From NCBI GenBank assembly GCA_965368975.1, contig CBDUPA010000001.1, positions 512,001-576,000 on the forward strand: a stretch of DNA of 64,000 bases. Reading direction: 5' to 3'. Below, in pieces: positions 9,782-18,947 of this stretch. The DNA is from an uncultured bacterium (GTDB lineage: Bacteria; Acidobacteriota; Thermoanaerobaculia; Multivoradales; JAHZIX01). The notes under the pieces were generated by a model. It saw only the letters and a program-made list of their open reading frames with translations, was not told the DNA's origin and made no database searches. Position numbers and translations under genes: made by a program. Positions within the stretch are counted from its first letter, which is position 1. The number at the start of each line of letters is the position of its first letter.

Positions 9782-9798
9782 GTGGATAGTTTATCCAC
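9782..9798. promoter_or_regulatory. Palindromic operator of the TA module
   Basis: Perfect inverted repeat GTGGATA-GTT-TATCCAC abutting the antitoxin start codon. Confidence 0.65.
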
Positions 9799-9883
9799 GG
9801 CCAAGGCGTTTGTATACCTTGTGGAGGTAGTAGAGGGTCATGGTGAGATAAGATCCCCCGGTTCCCACCGGAAAGGAGTCCCG

Positions 9884-10195
9884 ATGCCTTCCTCTGAAAG
9901 GCCCGCCGCCAGTGACCGACTGCAGCGGTACTGGCGCAGCAACCTGCGCTACCTCGCCGTCCTGCTCAGCATCTGGTTTGCCGTCTCGTTCGGTGCCAGC
10001 GTCCTCTTCGTCGACCATCTCGACCAGATTCGTCTGTTTGGCTTCCGCCTCGGTTTCTGGTTCGCCCAGCAGGGCTCGATCCTGGTCTTCGTGCTGCTGA
10101 TCGTGGCTTACGTGGCGTTGATGAATCGGCTGGACAAGAAGTACGACGTGGACGAGAAGCGTGACGCGGAGTCGACGGGGCAGGGGGCATCATGA
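9884..10195 (+). CDS. DUF4212 small membrane subunit of a sodium:solute symporter
   Basis: YWRSNL, LGFWFAQQGSI; GGAG RBS; ATGA overlap with the symporter. Confidence 0.9.
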   Translation: MPSSERPAASDRLQRYWRSNLRYLAVLLSIWFAVSFGASVLFVDHLDQIRLFGFRLGFWFAQQGSILVFVLLIVAYVALMNRLDKKYDVDEKRDAESTGQGAS

Positions 10196-11898
10196 ATGTC
10201 GAGGCCTGGACGTTCGTGATGGTCGGCTTGTCGTTCGCGCTCTACATCGGCGTCGCGGTGTGGTCGCGGGCGACGACGACGGGGGAGTTCTATGTCGCCG
10301 GTGGGCAGGTGCCGCCGCTGATGAACGGCATGGCGACGGCGGCGGACTGGATGTCGGCGGCGTCGTTCATTTCGATGGCGGGGCTGATCTCCTTCATGGG
10401 GCGCGACGGCTCTGTCTACCTGATGGGATGGACCGGCGGCTATGTGCTGCTAGCGTTGCTCTTGGCGCCCTACCTGCGCAAGTTCGGCAAGTACACGGTG
10501 CCCGACTTCGTGGGCGACCGCTACTACTCGCAGGTGGCGCGGGTCGTCGCGGTGGTGTGCGCGATCTTCGTCTCGTTCACTTACGTGGCGGGGCAGATGC
10601 GCGGGGTCGGTATCGTCTTCTCGCGCTTCCTGGGTGTCGAGGTTGGCACCGGCGTGCTGATCGGCATGGGGGTGGTGTTCTTCTACGCCGTGCTCGGCGG
10701 CATGAAGGGCATCACCTATACGCAGGTGGCGCAATACTGTGTGCTGATCTTCGCCTACATGGTGCCGGCCATTTTCATCTCGCTGCTGGTGACCGATCAG
10801 TGGATCCCGCAGATCGGCTTCGGCAGCCAGTTGGCGGACGGTTCCGGCGTCTACCTGCTGGACAAGCTCGATGGACTGAGTACCGAGTTGGGCTTCAACG
10901 CCTACACTGGTGGGCAGAAATCAACGCTCGACGTCTTCTTCATCACTGCCGCGCTGATGGTCGGCACGGCCGGGTTACCGCACGTGATCGTGCGCTTCTA
11001 CACCGTGCCGAGGGTGTCGGCGGCACGCAGCTCGGCGGGCTGGGCACTGCTGTTCATCGCCCTGCTCTATACGACGGCGCCGGCGGTGGCGGCCTTCGCA
11101 CGCACCAACTTGCTGACCACAATCTCGGACCGCCCGATCGCCGAGGCGCCGCAGTGGTTCCACAACTGGCAAGAGACCGGGCTGATCACCTGGCACGACA
11201 GGAACGGCGATGGTTTGATCCAGTACCGAGGGCCGAATTCGGCGGTGGAGAACGAACTGACGATCGATCGCGACATCATGGTGTTGGCCAATCCGGAGAT
11301 CGCACGGCTGCCGAATTGGGTGGTAGGTCTGGTGGCGGCCGGTGGGCTGGCGGCGGCGCTGTCGACGGCGGCGGGCCTGCTGTTGGTGATTTCGACGTCG
11401 GTGGCGCACGATCTGCTGAAGAAGAGCTTCCTGCCCAGAATCAGCGAGAAGGGCGAGCTGATCGCGGCGCGCATCGCGGCTGGTTTCGCGGTAGTGATCG
11501 CCGGCTACTTCGGGATCAACCCGCCGGGCTTCGTGGCGCAGGTGGTGGCTTTTGCTTTTGGCCTGGCGGCGGCGTCGTTTTTCCCCGCGATCATCCTGGG
11601 GATCTTCTCCAAGCGCATGAACCGCGCCGGTGCCATCGTCGGGATGGTTGCCGGCTTGCTGTTCACTGCCGGCTACATCAGCTACTTCAAGTTCCTGCAC
11701 CCGGAGCTGAACACGCCGGAGCACTGGTGGTGGGGCATCTCGCCCGAAGGCATCGGGACGCTCGGCATGCTGCTCAACTTCGCGCTAGCGCTGGTCATTT
11801 CACGCTTCACGCCGGCGCCTCCGCTGGAGATCCAGCAGTTGGTGGAGCGTATCCGCGTACCACGCGGGGCTGGGGAGTCGCACGAGATCTCGGCCTGA
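10192..11898 (+). CDS. Sodium:solute symporter (ActP-like cation/acetate symporter)
   Basis: NGMATAADWMSAASF, GTAGLPHV..RFYTV, AAALSTA.GLLL; multiple TM helices. Confidence 0.9.
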   Translation: MNVEAWTFVMVGLSFALYIGVAVWSRATTTGEFYVAGGQVPPLMNGMATAADWMSAASFISMAGLISFMGRDGSVYLMGWTGGYVLLALLLAPYLRKFGKYTVPDFVGDRYYSQVARVVAVVCAIFVSFTYVAGQMRGVGIVFSRFLGVEVGTGVLIGMGVVFFYAVLGGMKGITYTQVAQYCVLIFAYMVPAIFISLLVTDQWIPQIGFGSQLADGSGVYLLDKLDGLSTELGFNAYTGGQKSTLDVFFITAALMVGTAGLPHVIVRFYTVPRVSAARSSAGWALLFIALLYTTAPAVAAFARTNLLTTISDRPIAEAPQWFHNWQETGLITWHDRNGDGLIQYRGPNSAVENELTIDRDIMVLANPEIARLPNWVVGLVAAGGLAAALSTAAGLLLVISTSVAHDLLKKSFLPRISEKGELIAARIAAGFAVVIAGYFGINPPGFVAQVVAFAFGLAAASFFPAIILGIFSKRMNRAGAIVGMVAGLLFTAGYISYFKFLHPELNTPEHWWWGISPEGIGTLGMLLNFALALVISRFTPAPPLEIQQLVERIRVPRGAGESHEISA

Positions 11899-11956
11899 TG
11901 TCGTGAGTGAAGCAGGGTGGTAGGATCCTGCCTAGCGCACAACAAGTGGAGGGAAA

Positions 11957-12058
11957 GTGGAAAAGCTCATCTTGATCGCTCGTATCCTGCTCAGCCTGAT
12001 CTTCGTGGCCTTCGGCCTGACCAGCGTATCCCACCATCTGATCACCGCAGACGGTTAG
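11957..12058 (+). pseudogene. 33-aa ORF resembling a truncated DoxX-family N-terminus
   Basis: GGAGG RBS; GTG start; MEKLILIARILLSLIFVAFGLTSVSHHLITADG*. Confidence 0.4.
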
Positions 12059-12105
12059 GCCAGGCGGTACGACGATGTCGAGGTCGCGCATCTGCCTGAC
12101 ATCCT

Positions 12106-12687
12106 TCAAGTCTCGAAGCGTTCCTCCAACTCGACACCCAGCCCATCCGCAATTCGGTTGACAAAGGCGAAGTAGGACGTGATCGAGCAGATGTCGTGGA
12201 CACCGCGATCGGTGAAACCGTGTTCGCGCAGCTTCTCGACGTCGGCGCGTTCCATGTCCCACGGCTGGCGGGTGAGCTTGACGGCGTAGTCGAGGATGGC
12301 GCGATCACGGGCGTCTAGCTCGGTCCCAGTGCCGGCCCTGGTGCCGGCCTCCGTACCAGACAGGGCCGTGTAGTCGCGGGCCAGGGCGTCGAGCAGCGCA
12401 TCCTGCGACGCCAGCGGCATCTTCTTGGCGGTCAGCAAGCGACGGAGCCCCGCTCCGTGATGCTTCAGTCAGTAATGGCACTGATTGTGCGCCGACACCA
12501 CCACCGCGATCATCTCGCGCTGGATGCGCGTCAGCTCGCCTTTGCCGTACATCAGCTCGCGGTAGATGTCGTAGTGCAGGCGCATGGTCTGGCTGTGAAC
12601 GCTGTGGATCTGGAGGATGTTGTCCTGATCCGGGACGCGGTCGGCTTCTGGGATCTGGTCTTCGGGCAGGTAGTTGATAAACGCCAT
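12106..12687 (-). CDS. AhpD/carboxymuconolactone decarboxylase-family peroxidase-like protein, probable selenoprotein (CxxU, UGA at 12471-12469)
   Basis: ORFs 12469..12687 and 12106..12438 are in one frame: ...EMIAVVVSAHNQC-H-Y-[TGA]-LKHHGAGLRRL...AILDYAVKLT.....AFVNRIADGLG, matching the family CxYCxxxH motif with UGA at the second Cys. Confidence 0.85.
12442..12458 (-). promoter_or_regulatory. SECIS-like hairpin
   Basis: On the minus strand, ACGGAGC-GGG-GCTCCGT begins about 10 nt after the UGA, with a G-rich apical loop. Confidence 0.65.
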
Positions 12688-12985
12688 GCAGGCAGTTTAC
12701 CTCGGCTTGCCGTGTCGGGCGTCAGGTTGCGTTCGGCGACCTTCTGAGGGCGTGCACTTGACCCTGTGACAACCTTGGTGGATCGGTAGACGCGGGTGCA
12801 GGGAGTTGCTAACCTTGGCCTGCTGCCTTGAGACCAACGGTGTCCGGAGTCCTAGTATCGTCTCTCGCAGCAGTTGGGAAGTGCTGGATATGTTTGTCTA
12901 GCCTGATTTGCGTTCTTATGGCGTCCTGATGGGCGTTCTTGAGGTCCGAGACGGGTAAACGCGCCTGCTCTCAGGAGTTGAAGTA

Positions 12986-13927
12986 GTGATTAGTTCCAAT
13001 ACAAATCGACAGCTACTTGTTGGTTATAATCACAACATTCCATACAAGGGGAATGTTTATCACGTTCAGAGTGAGTTCCGAGGCTCACCAGAGCCGAGCA
13101 TCGCGACCCAGGTGTTTCTCGACGGGCGAGTGATTTCCTCGGAGACGTGCAGTGCAGACGTGCGTTCGGCTGAGCCGGGACGACCGGTGCTTGAGCAGAT
13201 GAAGGCACAGCACAAGGCTGCCATCCGGTTGCTCATTTCGGGACGGCTCGGTGAGAGGTTGCAGGCCGGGCTCCCAGAGAAGGTGGCTGCCGATATCGAG
13301 GAGTTCCAGGCTGCCTCCGTGCCGAGCTTGGTACAGGTGGCATCGGTCCCTGGACATCTGAAGCTCCGTCGCTCGCTGGTGCGCTTCGTACGTGCGGTCG
13401 ACGGGTGCCACCCGCCCTCGCAACAAGAGCTGCCGGCACGCTTGCGCTCGATCATCACCGCGATCGCGATTCTGATCGGGGGCAGCCACCAGCTGAAAGC
13501 TCGCAAGGACGATCTGACGGAGTTGCTGATTCTGCGCTCGGAAGCGCTGGAGTGGTTGTCTCAGCCTCGAGGCGAGCAGGAGATCGAGGGACTAGAATTG
13601 TGGCGGGACTTCGAGGCCATGGCGGCGTCGATGTCCGAACTGAACTCGCGCCAAGCACTGGTCGAGCACGATCTGGCGATCTGGAAGCGGTTCCTGAGTG
13701 CCAGCAACGGGCTACCCGTCGAGACGCCGATCACCCACGAGCAGCTGGAGTCGATCAGGTCGACCTGGGGACGCAGCGAGGAACTGGACGAGGCGTTGGA
13801 GTTTCCTGCCAAGTTGACGGTCGGACAGGTGCGGGCCGTGTTGGGGCCGCAAGTACAGGACTTGGAAGCGGTGGCACTGCGGCTGCACCAAGAGAAGGGG
13901 CAGGTTCGCGGTCAGTTGTTTGGTTGA
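12986..13927 (+). CDS. Hypothetical protein with an N-terminal GYNHNI...YHVQ.E domain
   Basis: 313-aa ORF, AGGAG RBS; the N-terminal motif recalls uncharacterised myxobacterial proteins. Confidence 0.65.
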   Translation: MISSNTNRQLLVGYNHNIPYKGNVYHVQSEFRGSPEPSIATQVFLDGRVISSETCSADVRSAEPGRPVLEQMKAQHKAAIRLLISGRLGERLQAGLPEKVAADIEEFQAASVPSLVQVASVPGHLKLRRSLVRFVRAVDGCHPPSQQELPARLRSIITAIAILIGGSHQLKARKDDLTELLILRSEALEWLSQPRGEQEIEGLELWRDFEAMAASMSELNSRQALVEHDLAIWKRFLSASNGLPVETPITHEQLESIRSTWGRSEELDEALEFPAKLTVGQVRAVLGPQVQDLEAVALRLHQEKGQVRGQLFG

Positions 13928-14065
13928 GGCCGCGCGGCACGCGATCCAGGGATCTTCGCCGCCGTTCCCCTGGTGCTGGTCGCCGTTGCCCGGCTCGCCG
14001 TGCTCCGCCGGCCGTGCGTGCGTCGCGGCTGGATCCGGTGTTTGCTCTCAGAGAGCACTAGAGGC

Positions 14066-14092
14066 GTGAACCTTTTGCGCTGTCTCCCGACT
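14066..14092 (+). promoter_or_regulatory. Putative ECF autoregulatory promoter
   Basis: GTGAAC-N16-CGACT, 20 nt upstream of the ECF start. Confidence 0.45.
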
Positions 14093-14112
14093 GCCACAAT
14101 AGGGAGACGGCC

Positions 14113-14751
14113 ATGACCACCAGAATCACGACACCAAGCTCAGACGATCCGGCCCAGTCGCACGATCGTGCGGCGTGCGAACAGGAGTTGTTGGTCGTGC
14201 GCTGCCAGCTGGGTGAGCCGGCGGCGTTCGACGCTCTGGTCGCTCGCTGGCACGAACCGCTGTGGCGCTATCTGTGCGGCATGTCCACGGATCGCCGGGT
14301 GGCCGAGGACGTGCTGCAAGACACCTGGCTGCGCATCCTGCGAGGCATCGGCAAGCTCCGTCAGCCGGACCGCTTGCCTGCCTGGCTGTTCTCGATCGTG
14401 CGCCGTGCTTTCGCCGACCGCCTGCGCCTGCGCTACGCCGAGAAGGACGTCGAATCGCTCGATGCACCCTCGACGGAGGAACAGGTGGATGCGTCGCCAC
14501 GGCAAGTCGCGGCAGTCGGTGATCCGGCGATCGAGGCGCTGGCGGCGCAAGAAGTCGAGTTCTTGCGCGGTGCTCTCGGTGACCTGTCGCCTCCCGACCG
14601 TGAAGCCCTGATCCTCTTCTACCTGCAAGAGTTCACACTGCGCGAAGTCGCCGACGTCCAGGAAGTGCCGGTGGGCACGGTCAAGTCCAGGCTCCACCGG
14701 GGCCGGCGTCAGCTGCGCGCGCAGCTGCGAGCGAAAGGAGTTTCGAGATGA
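14113..14751 (+). CDS. ECF RNA polymerase sigma factor
   Basis: AEDVLQDTW, WLFSI.R, EVA....VPVGTVKSRLHRGR. Confidence 0.9.
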   Translation: MTTRITTPSSDDPAQSHDRAACEQELLVVRCQLGEPAAFDALVARWHEPLWRYLCGMSTDRRVAEDVLQDTWLRILRGIGKLRQPDRLPAWLFSIVRRAFADRLRLRYAEKDVESLDAPSTEEQVDASPRQVAAVGDPAIEALAAQEVEFLRGALGDLSPPDREALILFYLQEFTLREVADVQEVPVGTVKSRLHRGRRQLRAQLRAKGVSR

Positions 14752-15245
14752 ACGCCCCTGTCCCGCCGAGGCCCTCGATCGCCGAGATGCAACAGCGCCT
14801 GGCCGTCGAGCTGTCGACACGTGCGCGAGTGGTGTTGACTCTACTGTTCCTGGTCGATCTGGCGGTCGGCATCGTCGTGCTGGCGCTGTGGCTGACGGAA
14901 CCCTCTCTGCCGCTGCGCACTCAGGTCGCCTTCGGCCTGTTGCTCGCCGGCGCCTCTACCTGGGCCCTCTACTTTGGCTGGACGCTGTCCCGGCGCAAGG
15001 TCTTGCTGGCACGCCAGCGCGTGATCAGCGGCTGGATTGCCTTCGTTTTCACCGGTCTGCTCACTGCCGGCTGCGCCGCGCTCGCCATCGCCCAGCCGGA
15101 CGCCCGCAACCTGGCGCTCACCGCCGCTGCCATGGGCGCCACCTTCTGCGTCGCCGCCGGGCTGCTGCTGCAGCGGGCGCACGCCGGCTACCAGGAACTG
15201 GTCGACCGGCGCGCAGGGCTCGAGCAGGAGCTGGGGCGCGCCTGA
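14748..15245 (+). CDS. 4-TM membrane protein, possible anti-sigma partner
   Basis: ATGA overlap with the ECF gene; four hydrophobic segments. Confidence 0.7.
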   Translation: MNAPVPPRPSIAEMQQRLAVELSTRARVVLTLLFLVDLAVGIVVLALWLTEPSLPLRTQVAFGLLLAGASTWALYFGWTLSRRKVLLARQRVISGWIAFVFTGLLTAGCAALAIAQPDARNLALTAAAMGATFCVAAGLLLQRAHAGYQELVDRRAGLEQELGRA

Positions 15246-15248
15246 GCC

Positions 15249-16034
15249 CTACTGCACGTAGTACGGTTCGAGCAGGCGCTCCCAGCTACTGGCTTTCTGC
15301 TCGAACTCGGCGGGGCAGCGCACCGCGCGCTGCTCCGGCAGCAGTTCTGGATGGACCAGATCGGAGTAGGCTTCCGGATCCGCGCCGTAGACGATGCACG
15401 CCAGGGAGTAGGCACGCTGAGCGCTGAGCGAGTGCTCGCCCCAAAACGCCATCTCGGCGCCCGACGATTCCAGCAGCGCGGCCATCGCGTCGAAGCTCTC
15501 AGCCGCCGATAGCAAGTCGTCGTGACCCTCGGCGTCGATCAGAACAAGGGCCGCCAGGTCGTCGACCGCGTCTTCCTCGCGGCCGGTGATCGGCAATTCG
15601 AGCACGTGGACCATGGCGTGGCCCATCTCGTGCAGCAGGAAGAAAAGGGTGCTTCCCAGGATGTTGTCGCCGATCGCTTCCTCGCTCTGGTTCGGATCGC
15701 TGGCGAAGATCTGGGCGAACATGCCGAGAAACTCATAGCAGAAGCTGATGCGCACGTGCTCTGGGTTGTAGAACGCATTCGCCTGACCGCAGGTCTCGAA
15801 GACGATCGGCACTTCGGCGCCGAGGTCGAGAGAGCCATTGACATAGTCCGCGGCCAGCTCCGCGATGCCGGACTCGGCCACGGCTTGCGACAACTCCTGC
15901 AAAGCGGCGGGTGGCGCCGTGTAGTGGACGGTGAATTGGGCCTGGGCCGGGGAGGGGAGCCAGGCGAAGATGCCGAAGAAGGCGATGGCGACCAGGGTCT
16001 GTAGGGCCAGGCGGGCGGTCGGACGATTCGACAT
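15249..16034 (-). CDS. DUF4344-type putative metallopeptidase, secreted
   Basis: CG..NAFY.P, CYE, HEMGHA, GREEDAVD, H....QR...C..YG. Confidence 0.85.
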   Translation of the reverse strand: MSNRPTARLALQTLVAIAFFGIFAWLPSPAQAQFTVHYTAPPAALQELSQAVAESGIAELAADYVNGSLDLGAEVPIVFETCGQANAFYNPEHVRISFCYEFLGMFAQIFASDPNQSEEAIGDNILGSTLFFLLHEMGHAMVHVLELPITGREEDAVDDLAALVLIDAEGHDDLLSAAESFDAMAALLESSGAEMAFWGEHSLSAQRAYSLACIVYGADPEAYSDLVHPELLPEQRAVRCPAEFEQKASSWERLLEPYYVQ

Positions 16035-16158
16035 GGGGAGCCTCCAGGATAAGCCTATAGATTGTGCGCAGAATGCCGGCATCATAGAGCACCCCGAGTC
16101 TGAAGAACCAGCGGGGTTGGAAGAGAGCTGCCGGTACGGTCGCAGTGGATCACGTGCC

Positions 16159-17538
16159 TCAGTGAATCACGTGCCACTCGGTCTGGCGCCCGGCCAGGTA
16201 GACGACGCGCTCACCGTCGTAGACAGCGCTCTGTTCGAGCTTGATCTGCAGCCACTGGCCGCTGTCACCGGTCCATGCCGGGGCCTGTACCTTGACGTTG
16301 CCCTCGATCGCATAGCCAGTCATCGGATGCAGCGGCCAGTCGCCCCGATGTGGGGTCGGGCCCTGGTTGTCCCACATGCCGATGGTCGGGCCGGGGGCGT
16401 GGCCAAAGAAGCCGAGCGGGTGCGTGTAGACGCTGCACAGGATGCCTTCGGTCTCGGCGGCGGCGCGGGTGGCGGCGAGGATCTGGTTGCCGGTGCGACC
16501 GGTCTCGAAGGCGTCGGTGAGCAGGTCTTGCCAGCGGTTGCCGACGCGCAGGGCGTCGATCAACTCGGTCGGTGGCGTGTTCTCTCCGAGATGGGCCACG
16601 TAGCCCATTTCCTGAGTGTCGGTGCACAGCCGCAGGTAGCAGATGCCAACGTCGGTGTGCAGCACATCGCCGCGCCGGATGATCTCGGAAGTGCCGCAGA
16701 AGTCGGCGTCCTGCTCGCACGCGACTCCCGGGCGCTGCAGATTGACGTGGGGTTGAAACCAGGGGCGCAGCCCGAGATCGGTGAAGCGCTGGCGGATATA
16801 CCACTCGACATCTTCGGTAGTCGTGACGCCGGGGGTGATGACGCGTGCGGAAAAGGCTTCGCTGATCACCCCCCGGGCCAGGGAGACGACGTGGCCCCAG
16901 GTCTCAACTTCGTGCACCGTGCGCGTTTCCAGCCAGCGCACCACCAGGTCTTCGGCGCTCACGATTCGCGCCTGCAGCTCGGGTGTCAGGACTTCCAGCA
17001 AGCGCTCGTGCAGACCGGCGGTCAGCCCGTCGGCGACCGGCCAGTGGCGGCTGACGTTGACGCCGATCTTACGCGGGTCGCGCTCGGCCAGGATCTCGCC
17101 CAGGCGCTGCCACTGCTCGTCGAGATCGCCGCCCTCCCAGGAGGTGGCGTAGAGGTGGCCGATCGGGTAGCGGCTGACGGTCAAGCGCTCCAGTCCCTCT
17201 TCGGGCCCGCGGTCGTGGAAGACCAGCATGGTGGTGCGGCGGGCGGCGAACACGGGCTCGGGAACGAGCGTCAGGTAGACAGGGTCTTCGGCGTACTCGC
17301 GGTTGATCACCAGCCACAGGTCGATGCCGGCTTCACGCATCAGGCGTGGCAGCAGCTCGTGCAGGCGCTCTTCGAGCCTCGCATTGACCGCCGCCGGTCG
17401 TGCGCGCTGCGGTAGTAGCGCACCGGGCGCGGTGAGCACGCGTCCTTGCGCGGGGTCCTCGGCCCAGGTGGTCATGGGGGCGAGAAAGCTCAGGACGAGA
17501 GCAGTGCTGAGGGCAGAGTGCTTCATAGTTGTCTTCAC
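16159..17538 (-). CDS. M24 family metallopeptidase (Xaa-Pro aminopeptidase-like), secreted
   Basis: GDVLHTDVG...TDTQ, YTHPLG..GH..GP, AIE; signal peptide. Confidence 0.85.
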   Translation of the reverse strand: MKTTMKHSALSTALVLSFLAPMTTWAEDPAQGRVLTAPGALLPQRARPAAVNARLEERLHELLPRLMREAGIDLWLVINREYAEDPVYLTLVPEPVFAARRTTMLVFHDRGPEEGLERLTVSRYPIGHLYATSWEGGDLDEQWQRLGEILAERDPRKIGVNVSRHWPVADGLTAGLHERLLEVLTPELQARIVSAEDLVVRWLETRTVHEVETWGHVVSLARGVISEAFSARVITPGVTTTEDVEWYIRQRFTDLGLRPWFQPHVNLQRPGVACEQDADFCGTSEIIRRGDVLHTDVGICYLRLCTDTQEMGYVAHLGENTPPTELIDALRVGNRWQDLLTDAFETGRTGNQILAATRAAAETEGILCSVYTHPLGFFGHAPGPTIGMWDNQGPTPHRGDWPLHPMTGYAIEGNVKVQAPAWTGDSGQWLQIKLEQSAVYDGERVVYLAGRQTEWHVIH

Positions 17539-17741
17539 GGTCGAGGCTCTCCTTGGCAGTTGGAGGCCGAGGCTATCACTCGAGTGGGTCCTCTTCGGGG
17601 CGGCCTGGCGGTCGCTGCCGCTGGCCGCTGTCGTGGTCTCACTGCAGCAGAGGCGTGCTTGGCTGCGTGCGGCTTGGTCGATCGACGGTGACTGTGCTAG
17701 AGACTGTACGTGCGGGCGGCATGTTGCCGTTCACACCCAGA

Positions 17742-18947
17742 ATGCCGCCGATGTCGTCTACTGCCCGAACAGCTGATCCTGCGCCCTCGCGCCCCCTGAG
17801 ACCCCAGCCCGAGAGATTGGGCGACACCCGCAGTCTGCTCTCCAGCTGGCACTTCTGGCTGGCGGTGACGCTGTTCTGGGTCTTCTTCGGCTTCATCATC
17901 GGCAATCACATCTACTTCAGCATGCGGGACCACGGGCACGACTGGTTCCGCATCGTGCTGTGGCAAATGGGCGGCTCGGCCGCGTGGATCCTGCTGACGC
18001 CGGCGGTCCTGGCGCTCGACCGCAGGTTTCCGCTGCTCAGTGGTCGCGTGTGGCCGTCGATGTTGGTGCACTTGAGTGCGGCCTTGGTTTTCGCTGCTGT
18101 CCGCCTGGCACCACTGACCGCGCTGTCCCTGGCGCTCGACCCTTTTCGACCGTTCCCGCGCAAGGAGTCCTTCGGCGTCGAATACATGCAGTTGCTCGGC
18201 GAGTGGATGCACCTGGACACCCTGGTCTACGTCGCCATCCTGGCGCTGGCCTACGCGCTCGATTACCGCGAGCGCCACTTCCGCGACAGCCTGCGGGCCT
18301 CGCGCTTGAAGGCCGATCTGGCGGCAGCGCAGGTCCGCGCGCTGGAACTCGAGATCCATCCTCACTTTCTGTTCAACTCCCTCAACGCAATCAACATGCT
18401 GGTGCGCGGTGGTGAACGTGAGAAAGCGTCGGGGATGGTGGTCGGGCTGGCCGATCTGCTGCGCCTGACGCTCAAGCGCCGTGATCGTCAGCTGGTGAGG
18501 GTGGCGGAGGAACTGGAGCACGCGCGGCTCTACCTCGACCTGCAGAAGGCACGCTTCGAAGACCGGTTGCAGGTCGACACCGAGGTTGCCGGTGAGACGC
18601 TGGGCGCTCTGGTGCCGCGCCTGGTGCTGCAGCCACTGGTCGAGAACGCGATCCGTCACGGTATCGAGCGCCGTCGCGGCCGTGGCCGGGTCGCGATTTC
18701 GGCGCGCCGAGTGGAGACGGACGACGGTCCTCGGTTGTGGATCGAGGTCAGCGACGACGGTCCGGGCGTCGAGGCGGACGCGGCATCGAGCGGCAGCGGC
18801 ATCGGGCTCGACAACATCCGCTCGCGCCTGGAAGCGCTGTACGGCGAGCACTGGCGGCTCGAGCTACGCAGCACGCAGGAGGACGGCACGCGCGTGACGA
18901 TGGAGATCCCCTGGCAGGAAGCTGGCCCGATGGAGACGGACACGTGA
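17742..18947 (+). CDS. LytS/YehU-type sensor histidine kinase
   Basis: IHPHFLFNSLN, LQPLVENAIRHG, DDGPG, GIGLDNI; N-terminal TMs; start uncertain. Confidence 0.9.
   Translation: MPPMSSTARTADPAPSRPLRPQPERLGDTRSLLSSWHFWLAVTLFWVFFGFIIGNHIYFSMRDHGHDWFRIVLWQMGGSAAWILLTPAVLALDRRFPLLSGRVWPSMLVHLSAALVFAAVRLAPLTALSLALDPFRPFPRKESFGVEYMQLLGEWMHLDTLVYVAILALAYALDYRERHFRDSLRASRLKADLAAAQVRALELEIHPHFLFNSLNAINMLVRGGEREKASGMVVGLADLLRLTLKRRDRQLVRVAEELEHARLYLDLQKARFEDRLQVDTEVAGETLGALVPRLVLQPLVENAIRHGIERRRGRGRVAISARRVETDDGPRLWIEVSDDGPGVEADAASSGSGIGLDNIRSRLEALYGEHWRLELRSTQEDGTRVTMEIPWQEAGPMETDT

Noticed and set aside
9781-9799. Two DnaA-box-like 9-mers (TTATCCACG, and CTATCCACA on the minus strand)
   Set aside because: Only two imperfect boxes, with no dnaA/dnaN or AT-rich unwinding element; better explained as the TA operator
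10161-11906. Long alternative-frame and antisense ORFs (e.g. 581 aa here, 651 aa at 20925-22880, 494 aa at 15931-17415, 487 aa at 40424-41887, 373 aa at 62836-63957)
   Set aside because: Shadow ORFs of real genes, expected at high GC; low-complexity or motif-free translations
12688-12985. About 300-bp intergenic region as a possible ncRNA or riboswitch
   Set aside because: No recognisable motif or strong structure by eye; would need an Rfam/Infernal search
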